The notes beneath the pieces were generated by a model. That model saw nothing but the letters and a program-made list of their open reading frames with translations, had not been told where the DNA came from and made no database searches. Positions 35,012 through 43,805 of a stretch of DNA of 64,000 bases are shown here, piece by piece. The stretch spans positions 3,614 through 67,613 of the forward strand of contig DATLSZ010000001.1 in the NCBI GenBank assembly GCA_035533875.1, read 5' to 3'. This DNA comes from Candidatus Acidiferrales bacterium. Lineage in GTDB: Bacteria; Patescibacteriota; Microgenomatia; Levybacterales; UBA12049. Made by a program: the position numbers and the translations under genes. Within the stretch, counting starts at the first letter, position 1. Every line of letters starts with the position of its first letter.

Positions 35012-36217
35012 ATGAAGCAACGTTTTATTGCAGCAGTCTTTATCGGTATTCTTTGTATCGGCCTGTGGCTGTATCTCTCACTATCCTACCCCGCGACATC
35101 ACCATTCACATCAGCCGGCTATTTTGCGCAACATTTGATAAAACCTCATACCAATCTCAACCAGCGCACCCTCGGCTTTCTCCCCTACTGGAATTTGGAC
35201 TATATCCAATTTCTAAAACCCGAAGATTTGTCTGAAATAAATTACTTCAGTCTTACAGCAGGCAGTGACGGTCATATTCTGCAGGTAGTTAACAACCAGA
35301 ACGATCCCGGCTGGAACGGATGGATCAAGCAGGCAACCAAAAACTTTCTTACCAAGTCTCAAATCATGGGAGCGAGAGTCACTGTCACCATCGCCGCGCA
35401 GGACAATCAGACGATTAATGCTATTTTGAACAGCAACACTGCGCAGCAGAATCTCATCGCAGATATTCTAGAGCAAGTCAAAAAAAGAAACCTCAACGGC
35501 GTCAACATCGACTTTGAATATTCAGGTGCTGCTGATAATTCCCTCCGACAGGAATTCACGTATTTTAGTAAGAAGCTTGCATCGCAACTCAAACAACAGG
35601 ACCCGAACGCGACAGTCTCCCTCAGCATCATGCCGCTATCCGCACGTCAACCGGACTTATTTGATTTTAAGCAACTTGTTCCAATCTATGACCAATTTAT
35701 CGGCATGTCCTATGACTATTATGGAGAAAGTTCAGATATCGCAGGACCCATCGCACCGATGAACGGATTCAAACAAGGAAAATATTTCTTTGATGTCACC
35801 ACAACCTATGCTGATTATGAAAAGGTTATTCCGAAAAACAAACTCATCATGGGAGTCCCCTATTACGGTTGGGAATGGGCTGTTGTAGCTGGCAAGACGA
35901 TAAATAGTCAGACATTTCCCGCAAGTGATCCGGATAGTTATGCGGCTGTTATTTCCTACGCCCGCGCGCGATCAGATAGTGATCTTACCCCAAAGCAATG
36001 TCAGTGGGATGCTGTTGCAGAGGAGTCATGGTGCTGGTTCACGGATAAAACGACAAAGACCGACCATCAGGCATGGATCGCTGATAACCGGATGATCCAG
36101 ACACGATTTGATTTTGCGAAGAAACAGGACTTTGCCGGCATAGCCATCTGGACCTTGGGATTGGACAAGCAGTATCCGGATCTGTGGGACCAACTCGTAA
36201 CGACGTTTGGAAAATAA
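35012..36217 (+). CDS. glycoside hydrolase family 18 (chitinase-like), membrane-anchored
   Basis: Catalytic motif LNGVNIDFEY (DxxDxDxE variant), MSYDYYG. ATG 35012 lies 6 nt after TATAAT; the track's extension 34775-35011 overlaps the upstream gene. Confidence 0.8.
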   Translation: MKQRFIAAVFIGILCIGLWLYLSLSYPATSPFTSAGYFAQHLIKPHTNLNQRTLGFLPYWNLDYIQFLKPEDLSEINYFSLTAGSDGHILQVVNNQNDPGWNGWIKQATKNFLTKSQIMGARVTVTIAAQDNQTINAILNSNTAQQNLIADILEQVKKRNLNGVNIDFEYSGAADNSLRQEFTYFSKKLASQLKQQDPNATVSLSIMPLSARQPDLFDFKQLVPIYDQFIGMSYDYYGESSDIAGPIAPMNGFKQGKYFFDVTTTYADYEKVIPKNKLIMGVPYYGWEWAVVAGKTINSQTFPASDPDSYAAVISYARARSDSDLTPKQCQWDAVAEESWCWFTDKTTKTDHQAWIADNRMIQTRFDFAKKQDFAGIAIWTLGLDKQYPDLWDQLVTTFGK

Positions 36218-36265
36218 AAATTTGCCTTTAAACTCATCTATATAGTTTGATATTTTTTGTCTCTC

Positions 36266-36294
36266 TTGACGTAGCTCAGCAATAATGATTAGAT
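36266..36294 (+). promoter_or_regulatory. sigma70-type promoter, leaderless configuration
   Basis: TTGACG-17 nt-TTAGAT; ATG 36301 lies 6 nt after the -10. Confidence 0.5.
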
Positions 36295-36300
36295 GAGCTA

Positions 36301-37269
36301 ATGAAGTTGTTCTCACGAGCTTTTCTCTCATTCGCTATCATCTATGCGCTCTGTGTCGTACTGACTATCATTACCCACCAGCCATCTGCCACAGCTGCAA
36401 CGGACAACACCAACGTCGTCATCTCCCAAGTGCAAACAGGCAGTACAGCAGCATCTGATGAGTTTGTTGAACTGTATAATCCTACAAATACAAATATTGA
36501 TTTAACAGGGTGGAGTTTGAAAAGTAAAACAGCATCGCAAAGTGGTTCCGGCACAACTCTGGTTGCGAGTCTATCCGGTACTGTTAGCCCGTATAGCTAC
36601 TTTTTAATTGTGTCTCCCGAATATACAGGAAGTGTTTCACGTGATTTTATGTATAGTTCAGGAAGTCATATTGGAGCTACGAATAATACAGTACTGATAT
36701 ATGACAATACTAATACAACTCCTGTAGACAAAGTCGGCATGGGCTCAGCAGCAGATAAAGAAACCAGTGACGCACCAAATCCAGTTGCCGGAGGAAGTAT
36801 AGAAAGAAAAATAAATGATACCGGAGGAAATGGACTCGATACAGATAATAACGCCAACGATTTTGTTTTACTGTCAACTTCCATGCCGAGAAACAGCGCC
36901 AGTCCCGCGGCACAACCGATCCCAACTCCGACCGATGAACCGACATTGACTCCGGAACCGACAGACACACCAATACCCACTGAAACTCCGGTCCCCACAG
37001 AGGCGCCAACGCTGATCCCAACGGAAATCCCAACGCAAACCCCTACGATTACTCCAACAGAAGTTCCTACAGGAACGCCTGTGCCAACAGTGACTCCTTC
37101 ACCAACTCCTACAATGACACCTACCCCAACTCCACCATCACACATTATTATCAATGAACCCATTACCCCGCGTCTCCACTTTGTCTGTACACAAACCTAT
37201 CGTGTCATCTCAATCTTCGGCTTCCACGTCTCCATTCCCAGCATCCACTGCGGATTTGTTAGAGGGTAA
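36301..37269 (+). CDS. lamin-tail-domain (LTD) protein with Pro/Thr-rich linker
   Basis: Signal/TM, then VVISQVQTGS...DEFVELYNPTNTNIDLTGWSL (LTD signature), then ~70 aa of (P/T/E) repeats. Confidence 0.75.
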   Translation: MKLFSRAFLSFAIIYALCVVLTIITHQPSATAATDNTNVVISQVQTGSTAASDEFVELYNPTNTNIDLTGWSLKSKTASQSGSGTTLVASLSGTVSPYSYFLIVSPEYTGSVSRDFMYSSGSHIGATNNTVLIYDNTNTTPVDKVGMGSAADKETSDAPNPVAGGSIERKINDTGGNGLDTDNNANDFVLLSTSMPRNSASPAAQPIPTPTDEPTLTPEPTDTPIPTETPVPTEAPTLIPTEIPTQTPTITPTEVPTGTPVPTVTPSPTPTMTPTPTPPSHIIINEPITPRLHFVCTQTYRVISIFGFHVSIPSIHCGFVRG

Positions 37270-37428
37270 TAATTAATTTACGCGGAGAGGATATACTATT
37301 TTTGCAGTTTTCAGTAGGCACTTATCTCCAGAGATTGCAGGGTTCTGAGAAGTTGAAAACAAAAAAATAGTGTGTCCGATCTCAGCGCCCACAACATCAT
37401 AAAAAATAGATACATCAAACTTTAAAGT

Positions 37429-37842
37429 TTACTTTTTGGGCTTGAATTCGAGGGCGCAGGAATTGATGCAATAATGCTTGTTGGTCGGTGATGAACTGTC
37501 ATCAAAAAGATGTCCCAGATGTCCCCCGCAAGTTTTGCAGATCACTTCTGTCCGGTGCATGCCAAAACTCGTATCTTCCTTCAACTCAACCGCAGCATTC
37601 TTCGCAGGATCGGCAAAACTCGGCCAGCCGATAAGTCCCGGCACGGTTGATTCATATTTATCATCGCTTTTAAAGACGACAGTACCGCATCCGGCACAGC
37701 GGTATTCTCCTGTCTCATCATTATGCAGCAGTTCCCCGGATCCTGGTGTCTCAGTCCCCTTCATCCGCAGGACCCGGTACTGCGCAGGAGTCAGCTTCTT
37801 CTTCCAATATTCATCTGATTTCTTCCGCATGTCATCAGCCAT
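37429..37842 (-). CDS. msrB: peptide-methionine (R)-S-oxide reductase
   Basis: CAGCG...GWPSF...CKTCGGHLGHLFDD. ATG 37842 lies 8 nt after TGCTACAAT. Confidence 0.9.
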   Translation of the reverse strand: MADDMRKKSDEYWKKKLTPAQYRVLRMKGTETPGSGELLHNDETGEYRCAGCGTVVFKSDDKYESTVPGLIGWPSFADPAKNAAVELKEDTSFGMHRTEVICKTCGGHLGHLFDDSSSPTNKHYCINSCALEFKPKK

Positions 37843-37850
37843 ACACCCAT

Positions 37851-37859
37851 ATTGTAGCA
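37851..37859 (-). promoter_or_regulatory. TG-extended -10, leaderless configuration
   Basis: TGCTACAAT, then 8 nt, then ATG 37842 (msrB). Confidence 0.55.
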
Positions 37860-37892
37860 AACAATTTCCACCATTGCGAGCAAAATATATTT

Positions 37893-37960
37893 TTTCAGAA
37901 GACTCAGAAAACTCAGACGTCAGAAAATCTGGATTTCTGAATATTCCGAGTTTTCCGAAA
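37893..37960 (+). repeat. tandem-unit hairpin element, family 1, in a divergent promoter region
   Basis: TTCAGAAGACTCAGAAAACTCAGACGTCAGAAAATC-TGG-ATTTCTGAATATTCCGAGTTTTCCGAAA; shares GAGTTTTCCGAA with 27255-27266. Confidence 0.85.
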
Positions 37961-37983
37961 TTTTAGAACCTTAATCTCAATTA

Positions 37984-37992
37984 TGCTACTAT
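37984..37992 (+). promoter_or_regulatory. TG-extended -10, leaderless configuration
   Basis: TGCTACTAT, then 7 nt, then ATG 38000 (PBP1A). Confidence 0.55.
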
Positions 37993-37999
37993 AAGAGGT

Positions 38000-40282
38000 A
38001 TGCACCCACGCTCCCGTCTAAAAAAATCCGTGTATACCTACAAACCCCATGGCATAAAACGGCTGAAAAAAATCAACTGGAAATCCTCATTCCAGAAAAT
38101 AATAAAAGGCCACAAACGTGCTCTTTTGATTATTTTCATCATCTTTATCATCATCATGATTCTCATTCCACCGCTCACCTACCTTTACTTTGCCAAAGAT
38201 CTCAAGAATAAAGAAAGTGTGATGAACCGGCAGCAGACCGGACTCACCCTTCTTGACCGCGACGGCAAACAATTCTATACCTTCGATCTGGCAAAAACGA
38301 TCACCTACATCCCGATCACCGACATCCCCAAGTCCGCGCAAGATGCAGTTGTCTCGGCAGAGGACAAAAATTTCTACACCAATCCCGGCTTCTCAATCAC
38401 CGGCATCATCCGCGCGTTTCTTGCCGATATCTTTGCTGGCCACATCGTCCAGGGCGGCTCCACCATCACACAGGAGCTTGCCAAAAATGCCTTCCTGAGT
38501 TCTTCCCGCAATGTCCTCCGCAAGTATCAGGAGCTGGTCTTGGCAGCGGAGTTGAACAGACGATTCAGCAAACAAGACATCCTGGAAATGTATCTCAACT
38601 CCGTATATTTCGGCGAAGGTGCTTTTGGCATCCAGAACGCGTCGGAAGCATATTTCGGCATCCCGGCAAAGCAGCTCGATCTCGCACAAGCCGCGCTTCT
38701 TATCGGCATCCTTCCTGCGCCATCCGCGTATTCTCCGATCTCCAATCCGCCGGATCTTGCGATAGAGCGGCAGAAATTTGTACTCAGTCAGATGGTTCAG
38801 AATGGTTACATCACACAAGATCAGGCAACTCAGGCTGAGAGTGAACCGCTGCATTATAATCCCAACAAAATACAATCCGGCAACATCCTCGCTCCGCATT
38901 TCGCGATCTATATCAAAAATCAATTGATCAAGCAGTACGGCGAGGAGCGGGTTATCCGTGACGGCTTCCGTGTGACAACGACGCTTGACAGCAATCTGCA
39001 AAAATATGCCGAAGGCTCGGTCAACACCCAAGTGACTCGACTCAAGTATGATCATGCTACCAACGGCGCGCTTGTCGCGCTTGATCCAAAAAACGGTCAG
39101 ATCCTCGCGATGGTCGGCAGTTATGATTTCACTGACACGAGCTTCGGTCAGACCAATATGGCCATCACGCCCCGCCAGCCAGGATCATCCTTCAAACCGA
39201 TTATCTACGGCCGCGCACTTGAAGATCATCTCATTACTCCGGCGACAATTCTGCAGGATGTGAAGACGACATTTCCCGGCAATTATACGCCACATGATTA
39301 TGATTACCGTTACCGCGGGCCTGTCACAGTCCGGCGTGCTTTGGCGAATTCACTCAATATCCCAGCGGTTGAGGTGATGGAAAAAGTCGGCATCCCCAAT
39401 GGGCTTGATGAAGCACAAAAGCTCGGCATCTCCACACTGACTGCCGGCAACTATGGACTATCCCTCGTCCTCGGCGCGGGTGAAGTGCCGCTGCTGCAGA
39501 TGACCAACGCGTATGCGACGTTTGCTGATCAAGGAGTGTATCATGACACAACCGGTATCATGGATATCAAAGATAAGTACGGGAGTACGGTCTCCACGCC
39601 GACCAATTTCTTTTCTTTTTTACAAACGCTTAATCCGCTAACGTGGTTCAGCTCAACACCGAGTGATAACAAACAAGTGATGAGCAAAGAGACGGCGTTC
39701 CTTCTCTCATCGATTCTCTCTGACAACAATACACGATCGGAGGAATTCAGCGGTGCGCTCACGATCAATCGCCCTGCAGCGGTGAAAACGGGAACAACAT
39801 CTGATTACAAGGATGCGTTGACGATCGGTTACACGCCGAGTTTGGTGGTGGGTGTCTGGGTCGGCAACAATGATGACAAGCCGATGGACAATATCGCGGG
39901 ATCGCTGGGTGCCGCGCCGATCTGGCGCAATGTGATGGAATATGATTTGATGGGCAAACCCATTGAGCATTTTGAGGTGCCGACGTTTATCGTGAGTGAG
40001 ACGGTCTGCCCGGGAGCTGCAGCCGGTTATATCCATACCTACACAGAGTATTTCATCGCCGGGACACAGACAAACTCTTGCGGCCAGCCGACCATCTTCC
40101 CGACCTTCACCCCAACGCCGACACCCAACGGTCCGACACCAACACCGCAACCCGGACCAACAAATAAACCCAACCAGCCAACAAATACTCCGGCTCCACA
40201 ACCAACAAGTACACCAGCGGTCTTACCTACCCCGACTTCAATTTTGTTGCCAACTCTCCCCATCCCTACACCGACGATCTAA
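38000..40282 (+). CDS. class A penicillin-binding protein (transglycosylase + transpeptidase), Pro/Thr-rich C-terminal tail
   Basis: GT51 motifs EDKNFYTNPG, GGSTITQEL, RKYQE; transpeptidase SSFKP (SxxK), SLN, KTGTT. Confidence 0.95.
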   Translation: MHPRSRLKKSVYTYKPHGIKRLKKINWKSSFQKIIKGHKRALLIIFIIFIIIMILIPPLTYLYFAKDLKNKESVMNRQQTGLTLLDRDGKQFYTFDLAKTITYIPITDIPKSAQDAVVSAEDKNFYTNPGFSITGIIRAFLADIFAGHIVQGGSTITQELAKNAFLSSSRNVLRKYQELVLAAELNRRFSKQDILEMYLNSVYFGEGAFGIQNASEAYFGIPAKQLDLAQAALLIGILPAPSAYSPISNPPDLAIERQKFVLSQMVQNGYITQDQATQAESEPLHYNPNKIQSGNILAPHFAIYIKNQLIKQYGEERVIRDGFRVTTTLDSNLQKYAEGSVNTQVTRLKYDHATNGALVALDPKNGQILAMVGSYDFTDTSFGQTNMAITPRQPGSSFKPIIYGRALEDHLITPATILQDVKTTFPGNYTPHDYDYRYRGPVTVRRALANSLNIPAVEVMEKVGIPNGLDEAQKLGISTLTAGNYGLSLVLGAGEVPLLQMTNAYATFADQGVYHDTTGIMDIKDKYGSTVSTPTNFFSFLQTLNPLTWFSSTPSDNKQVMSKETAFLLSSILSDNNTRSEEFSGALTINRPAAVKTGTTSDYKDALTIGYTPSLVVGVWVGNNDDKPMDNIAGSLGAAPIWRNVMEYDLMGKPIEHFEVPTFIVSETVCPGAAAGYIHTYTEYFIAGTQTNSCGQPTIFPTFTPTPTPNGPTPTPQPGPTNKPNQPTNTPAPQPTSTPAVLPTPTSILLPTLPIPTPTI
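40251..40282 (+). repeat. direct repeat copy 1 (3' end of PBP1A gene including stop)
   Basis: CAACTCTCCCCATCCCTACACCGACGATCTAA. Confidence 0.85.
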
Positions 40283-40285
40283 ATA

Positions 40286-40294
40286 TTGTATAAT
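40286..40294 (+). promoter_or_regulatory. TG-extended -10 of the inserted orphan gene
   Basis: TTGTATAAT starting 4 nt after the PBP1A stop; ATG 40309 lies 14 nt after the -10. Confidence 0.5.
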
Positions 40295-40308
40295 GAGATA
40301 ATAAAATA

Positions 40309-41052
40309 ATGGCAGAAGGTGGTATTCCTACAGAAAATCCGCACAGTGGATTACAAGTACGAGTTGAGAACATACATGGTATGTACGAATTTTTGGGCGA
40401 TGAAAACGCTCCGGAGAGCTCGGTTCTTGACAGAACTGCTCTTAATAACGATCCCCTTTTGCAACGAATTACCTCTACAATTGCCGTTGATGCGCAGGAC
40501 CAAACCGCAATGATGCAAACACAATTTTCCCACTCAGCTGCAAAATTGGATAAAGATCTCGGTTATTATTCTGTAGAACAACGAGACAAAATGAAAGAAA
40601 AGTTACTCAGAGCAGGCTTTAGAAACGGTGGAGCTATCGGAGATCGAGAGTTCTACACAGTCACTGATCCTGCAAGTGGAGAACTCGGTAAGTTTTTTAT
40701 CGACTATGGTCCAGCGAGTCAGATGCAAGATGCTGCTGAAAAAGGAGCATTTATCGATTCACCTGATACTGTCCCGCCTTATATCCGTGAACGCTTAGGA
40801 GATACAGACCCGGAATCGTTACAACGAGAACTGGATAGTGAGATGGGCGCTCGGAATAGACATATTTTGCTTGGCTTGCCTGTTGAAACAGATGCGGGTG
40901 AAGCAGTTTTTGGTAACAAACTACAAGCATATGCACGCGTCTTCGCGTCTGTCGGGAAAGCGTTGTATGCAACAGAAGATGTCCCCGAACCGGACAAGAC
41001 GATCGTACTCCGCCCCCCGGCAGAAGAACTCGTGATTGATTTTGATTATTAA
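40309..41052 (+). CDS. orphan protein, function unknown (inside a direct-repeat-flanked insert)
   Basis: 247-aa ORF with its own TTGTATAAT (40286-40294); no signal peptide and no motif recognised. Confidence 0.6.
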   Translation: MAEGGIPTENPHSGLQVRVENIHGMYEFLGDENAPESSVLDRTALNNDPLLQRITSTIAVDAQDQTAMMQTQFSHSAAKLDKDLGYYSVEQRDKMKEKLLRAGFRNGGAIGDREFYTVTDPASGELGKFFIDYGPASQMQDAAEKGAFIDSPDTVPPYIRERLGDTDPESLQRELDSEMGARNRHILLGLPVETDAGEAVFGNKLQAYARVFASVGKALYATEDVPEPDKTIVLRPPAEELVIDFDY

Positions 41053-41069
41053 TTGTTTATTAGCTGTGC

Positions 41070-41101
41070 TAACTCTCCTCATCCCAACACCCACGATCTA
41101 A
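41070..41101 (+). repeat. direct repeat copy 2 (relic PBP1A 3' end)
   Basis: TAACTCTCCTCATCCCAACACCCACGATCTAA; 28 of 32 identical to copy 1 (hand count). In the same frame it would read LTLLIPTPTI-stop versus PTLPIPTPTI-stop. Confidence 0.85.
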
Positions 41102-41185
41102 CAGAGAGTTTCGATAAATTGAAACATTCTCAGAAAACTACAACAAATTTAGTGGCTATTATTTGCTTGTTTTGGATAAGGAGTT

Positions 41186-42568
41186 TTAGCCAAAGAACTT
41201 ATTAAAAAGTTCTTTTATTCCGCTTTCATGATTTTTCTTTTCTATATCTTTTGGAATAATACTTTGTAAATAATCTTCTTGTATCTCCCGAATTTTATTT
41301 TCTCCTAATTGTTGTAACGTTGCTGTTGCTTCATGGGATAGTTTCTTTAATACTTCATCGAACTTTGCGACATCATTATCAACCATAAACGCAGTTGCGT
41401 TAATTCCAAGAAGTCGAATACCTTCCAATGATTTTACGCGGGAAAGAGCAACATATCCCATGCCATATGCAAAAGATTTCGAAAGATCTATTTCTGCTGC
41501 ATCCAAACTCATACCTTGGCTTTTGTGTACGGTAATTGCCCAGGCAAGCCGGAGAGGAACTTGGCTTATTTCAGCAAGTACCGTTTCATTTTCCTCAAAT
41601 TTCCAGCTCGTAGGCATGGCAATAATTTCTTTTCCATCATATGTTTGTACAATTGGATTGCCGTCTGTATCAAACCCTTGTACTTTTCCAAGCGTACCAT
41701 TAATATATCCCTTAGCTGGATTATTCTTGATAAACATAACGAGAGCTCCTTCTTTTATCAATAATTCTTCAGGTGCAAGACAACCTTTTTTAAGTACATC
41801 AACTAGCTCTTTATTCCCTTGCGTTGTCATATGGTACTGATGGACAGGTTTGTCAATTTTTTCAAGCTCAAAATTATTAATGCCATCAACATCTGCATTA
41901 TGTGTATACAACTTAGTTGGAATTATATGCTCTAAGAATTCTTTGTTAAGTCGCGTTGAGAGTTTCTCAAAAGTGTATTCACTTACATCTTGAGAGCGTA
42001 TATCATTTAATACTTTGAGAAATGAATCATCCAACTGACGGTGCTGTTCATCCAAATAACAAACTGTTAAATCAAGCTCTTCCCATGCTTCAGATTTATA
42101 AGCAAAGCCTGATTTTTCTAGGCCTTGTTCATTTATAGGAGGTAATTGAAAAAAATCACCACAGAGAATTACTTGGAGACCGCCAAACGGGCGGTTATCT
42201 TGTCGTGCTAATTTACATATTTGATTCACCATATCGAGTCGATATGAGTGAAACATAGATATTTCATCTATAATGAGAACTTTTGCAGTCAGTAATTTTG
42301 CCCGTTTATTCTCATTGCCAAGAATTTTTGCTATATCATTGTGGGTTAAATGACTTTTAATACCAATACCGGACCAAGAATGTATTGTCCCGCCGTTTAA
42401 ATGGGTAGCGGCAATTCCTGTTGAAGCGGTTATTGCTACAGGAACTTTGTGTTTCTTTAAATAATTTATATAAAGGTTAAGGATGTATGTCTTGCCGCTT
42501 CCTGCTTGTCCGGTAAGGTATACGTTCTTCCCCATCATGAGAAGATTGAGTGCATCTTGTTGAGTCAT
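41186..42568 (-). CDS. Pif1/RecD-family SF1B DNA helicase
   Basis: Walker A GQAGSGKTY, VLIIDEISM, GDFFQLPP, TVHKSQGMSLD. Confidence 0.85.
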   Translation of the reverse strand: MTQQDALNLLMMGKNVYLTGQAGSGKTYILNLYINYLKKHKVPVAITASTGIAATHLNGGTIHSWSGIGIKSHLTHNDIAKILGNENKRAKLLTAKVLIIDEISMFHSYRLDMVNQICKLARQDNRPFGGLQVILCGDFFQLPPINEQGLEKSGFAYKSEAWEELDLTVCYLDEQHRQLDDSFLKVLNDIRSQDVSEYTFEKLSTRLNKEFLEHIIPTKLYTHNADVDGINNFELEKIDKPVHQYHMTTQGNKELVDVLKKGCLAPEELLIKEGALVMFIKNNPAKGYINGTLGKVQGFDTDGNPIVQTYDGKEIIAMPTSWKFEENETVLAEISQVPLRLAWAITVHKSQGMSLDAAEIDLSKSFAYGMGYVALSRVKSLEGIRLLGINATAFMVDNDVAKFDEVLKKLSHEATATLQQLGENKIREIQEDYLQSIIPKDIEKKNHESGIKELFNKFFG

Positions 42569-42698
42569 TTTATTTATCTATTATACAGTTATTATTTAAA
42601 TCAGCTAGTGAATTATCGTTAACAGCAGATCGCTCTGTTTTTGACATGCAATAATGTTCCAACTTTTTACTTCCCTTCTCCTCTCCCATCACATCCCG

Positions 42699-42792
42699 GT
42701 GTGAGTGAGATCATTGCACTGACTTCTGCAAAGGTATATTGTGCAAAAGATATGAATGGCAAATTACTTCTTATTTTTACTCTCCTCTTTGG
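42699..42792 (+). repeat. promoter + signal-peptide module, copy 1
   Basis: GTGTGAGTGAGATCATTGCAC...GGTATATTGTGC...ATGAA...CTTCTTATTTTTAC.C..CTC.TTGG aligns along ~95 nt with 43711-43805. Confidence 0.75.
42714..42740 (+). promoter_or_regulatory. promoter inside duplicated module, copy 1
   Basis: TTGCAC-15 nt-TATATT; ATG 42752 lies 11 nt after the -10. Confidence 0.45.
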
Positions 42793-43600
42793 ATTATTGC
42801 TCATCGCCCCGGGACAACAGAGCGCAAATGCTGCAGATAAACAAGATGTTGCGTGGAATCTCTCAGCAAGTGTCATGCCGGGACCGCCCTATGGAGCACA
42901 AGACATTCCCGGTTCTGATACAGCATCAAAACTAACAGTCAAACAATCCAATGGAAATTCAGCGGTAAAAATTATCGGCGACATGAACGGTCTTACTCCC
43001 AATACGACCTATTACGCAAAGACAACCAAAAGCTACACGAAAGGCGCTCCAGAAAGAGTACCTATGGATCCTAATGGATATAGTGGAATGAATTGGCATG
43101 ATGCAACAAATAATATTGATCATGACGAATTTAATACTTCCCAGGATATAGCAACAGGAACGTTTAGCGGATATGATTGTTACCCGACAGGCACTTGTGA
43201 TTACCAGTCAGATGTAACCGGAACGTATTCAGGTAACCAGTACACCATCACTTTTGCATCCTATAATGACCCAACTTCGGTGTATAATACCCCACTAACA
43301 CTAACAGGCACAATTCAGCCAAACGGTGGGATAGAGAGTAACGCTGATTCACCGATTCAATGGACCGGGGCTGGGTATGCAGTCATAAATGCTATGCCTG
43401 ACTTGTTTAATACGAATATCAAGATACCGGTATTTACAACTAATAATACTGGTTCAGCGAAATGGACGATAAAGGTGCCGAATTCAGTTTTGTCTGCAGG
43501 TTCAAACGAAATGGCTGTGTGGATATTTACCGGAAACAACACCATGGGTCCACCTACCTATGTTTTACTGATAAGTGATAACTTCACCATAACAAAATAA
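42752..43600 (+). CDS. exported protein, function unknown
   Basis: Signal peptide MNGKLLLIFTLLFGLLLIAPGQQSANA. The track's extension from TTG 42641 covers the promoter. Confidence 0.7.
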   Translation: MNGKLLLIFTLLFGLLLIAPGQQSANAADKQDVAWNLSASVMPGPPYGAQDIPGSDTASKLTVKQSNGNSAVKIIGDMNGLTPNTTYYAKTTKSYTKGAPERVPMDPNGYSGMNWHDATNNIDHDEFNTSQDIATGTFSGYDCYPTGTCDYQSDVTGTYSGNQYTITFASYNDPTSVYNTPLTLTGTIQPNGGIESNADSPIQWTGAGYAVINAMPDLFNTNIKIPVFTTNNTGSAKWTIKVPNSVLSAGSNEMAVWIFTGNNTMGPPTYVLLISDNFTITK

Positions 43601-43710
43601 TATAACCACAAGAGTTTGCAATAAAGATAATACATTCAACTCATCACTCCGCAGCATAAACATTTTCTGTTTTGGATATAGGATAGATGTCCCCCATTTA
43701 TTACGTCCTT

Positions 43711-43805
43711 GTGTGACAGAGATCATTGCATGGTACCTGCAAAAGGTATACTGTGCGGACAGACATGAAACGCAACCCACTTCTTATTTTTACCCTGCTC
43801 CTTGG
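43711..43805 (+). repeat. promoter + signal-peptide module, copy 2
   Basis: GTGTGACAGAGATCATTGCAT...GGTATACTGTGC...ATGAA...CTTCTTATTTTTACCCTGCTCCTTGG. Confidence 0.75.
43726..43752 (+). promoter_or_regulatory. promoter inside duplicated module, copy 2
   Basis: TTGCAT-15 nt-TATACT; ATG 43765 lies 12 nt after the -10. Confidence 0.45.

Noticed and set aside
40283-41101. Interpreting the repeat-flanked orphan gene as an integron cassette with an attC site
   Set aside because: There is no integron integrase or attI nearby. The flanking repeats are direct copies of a gene end rather than an imperfect attC palindrome, and the gene has its own promoter.
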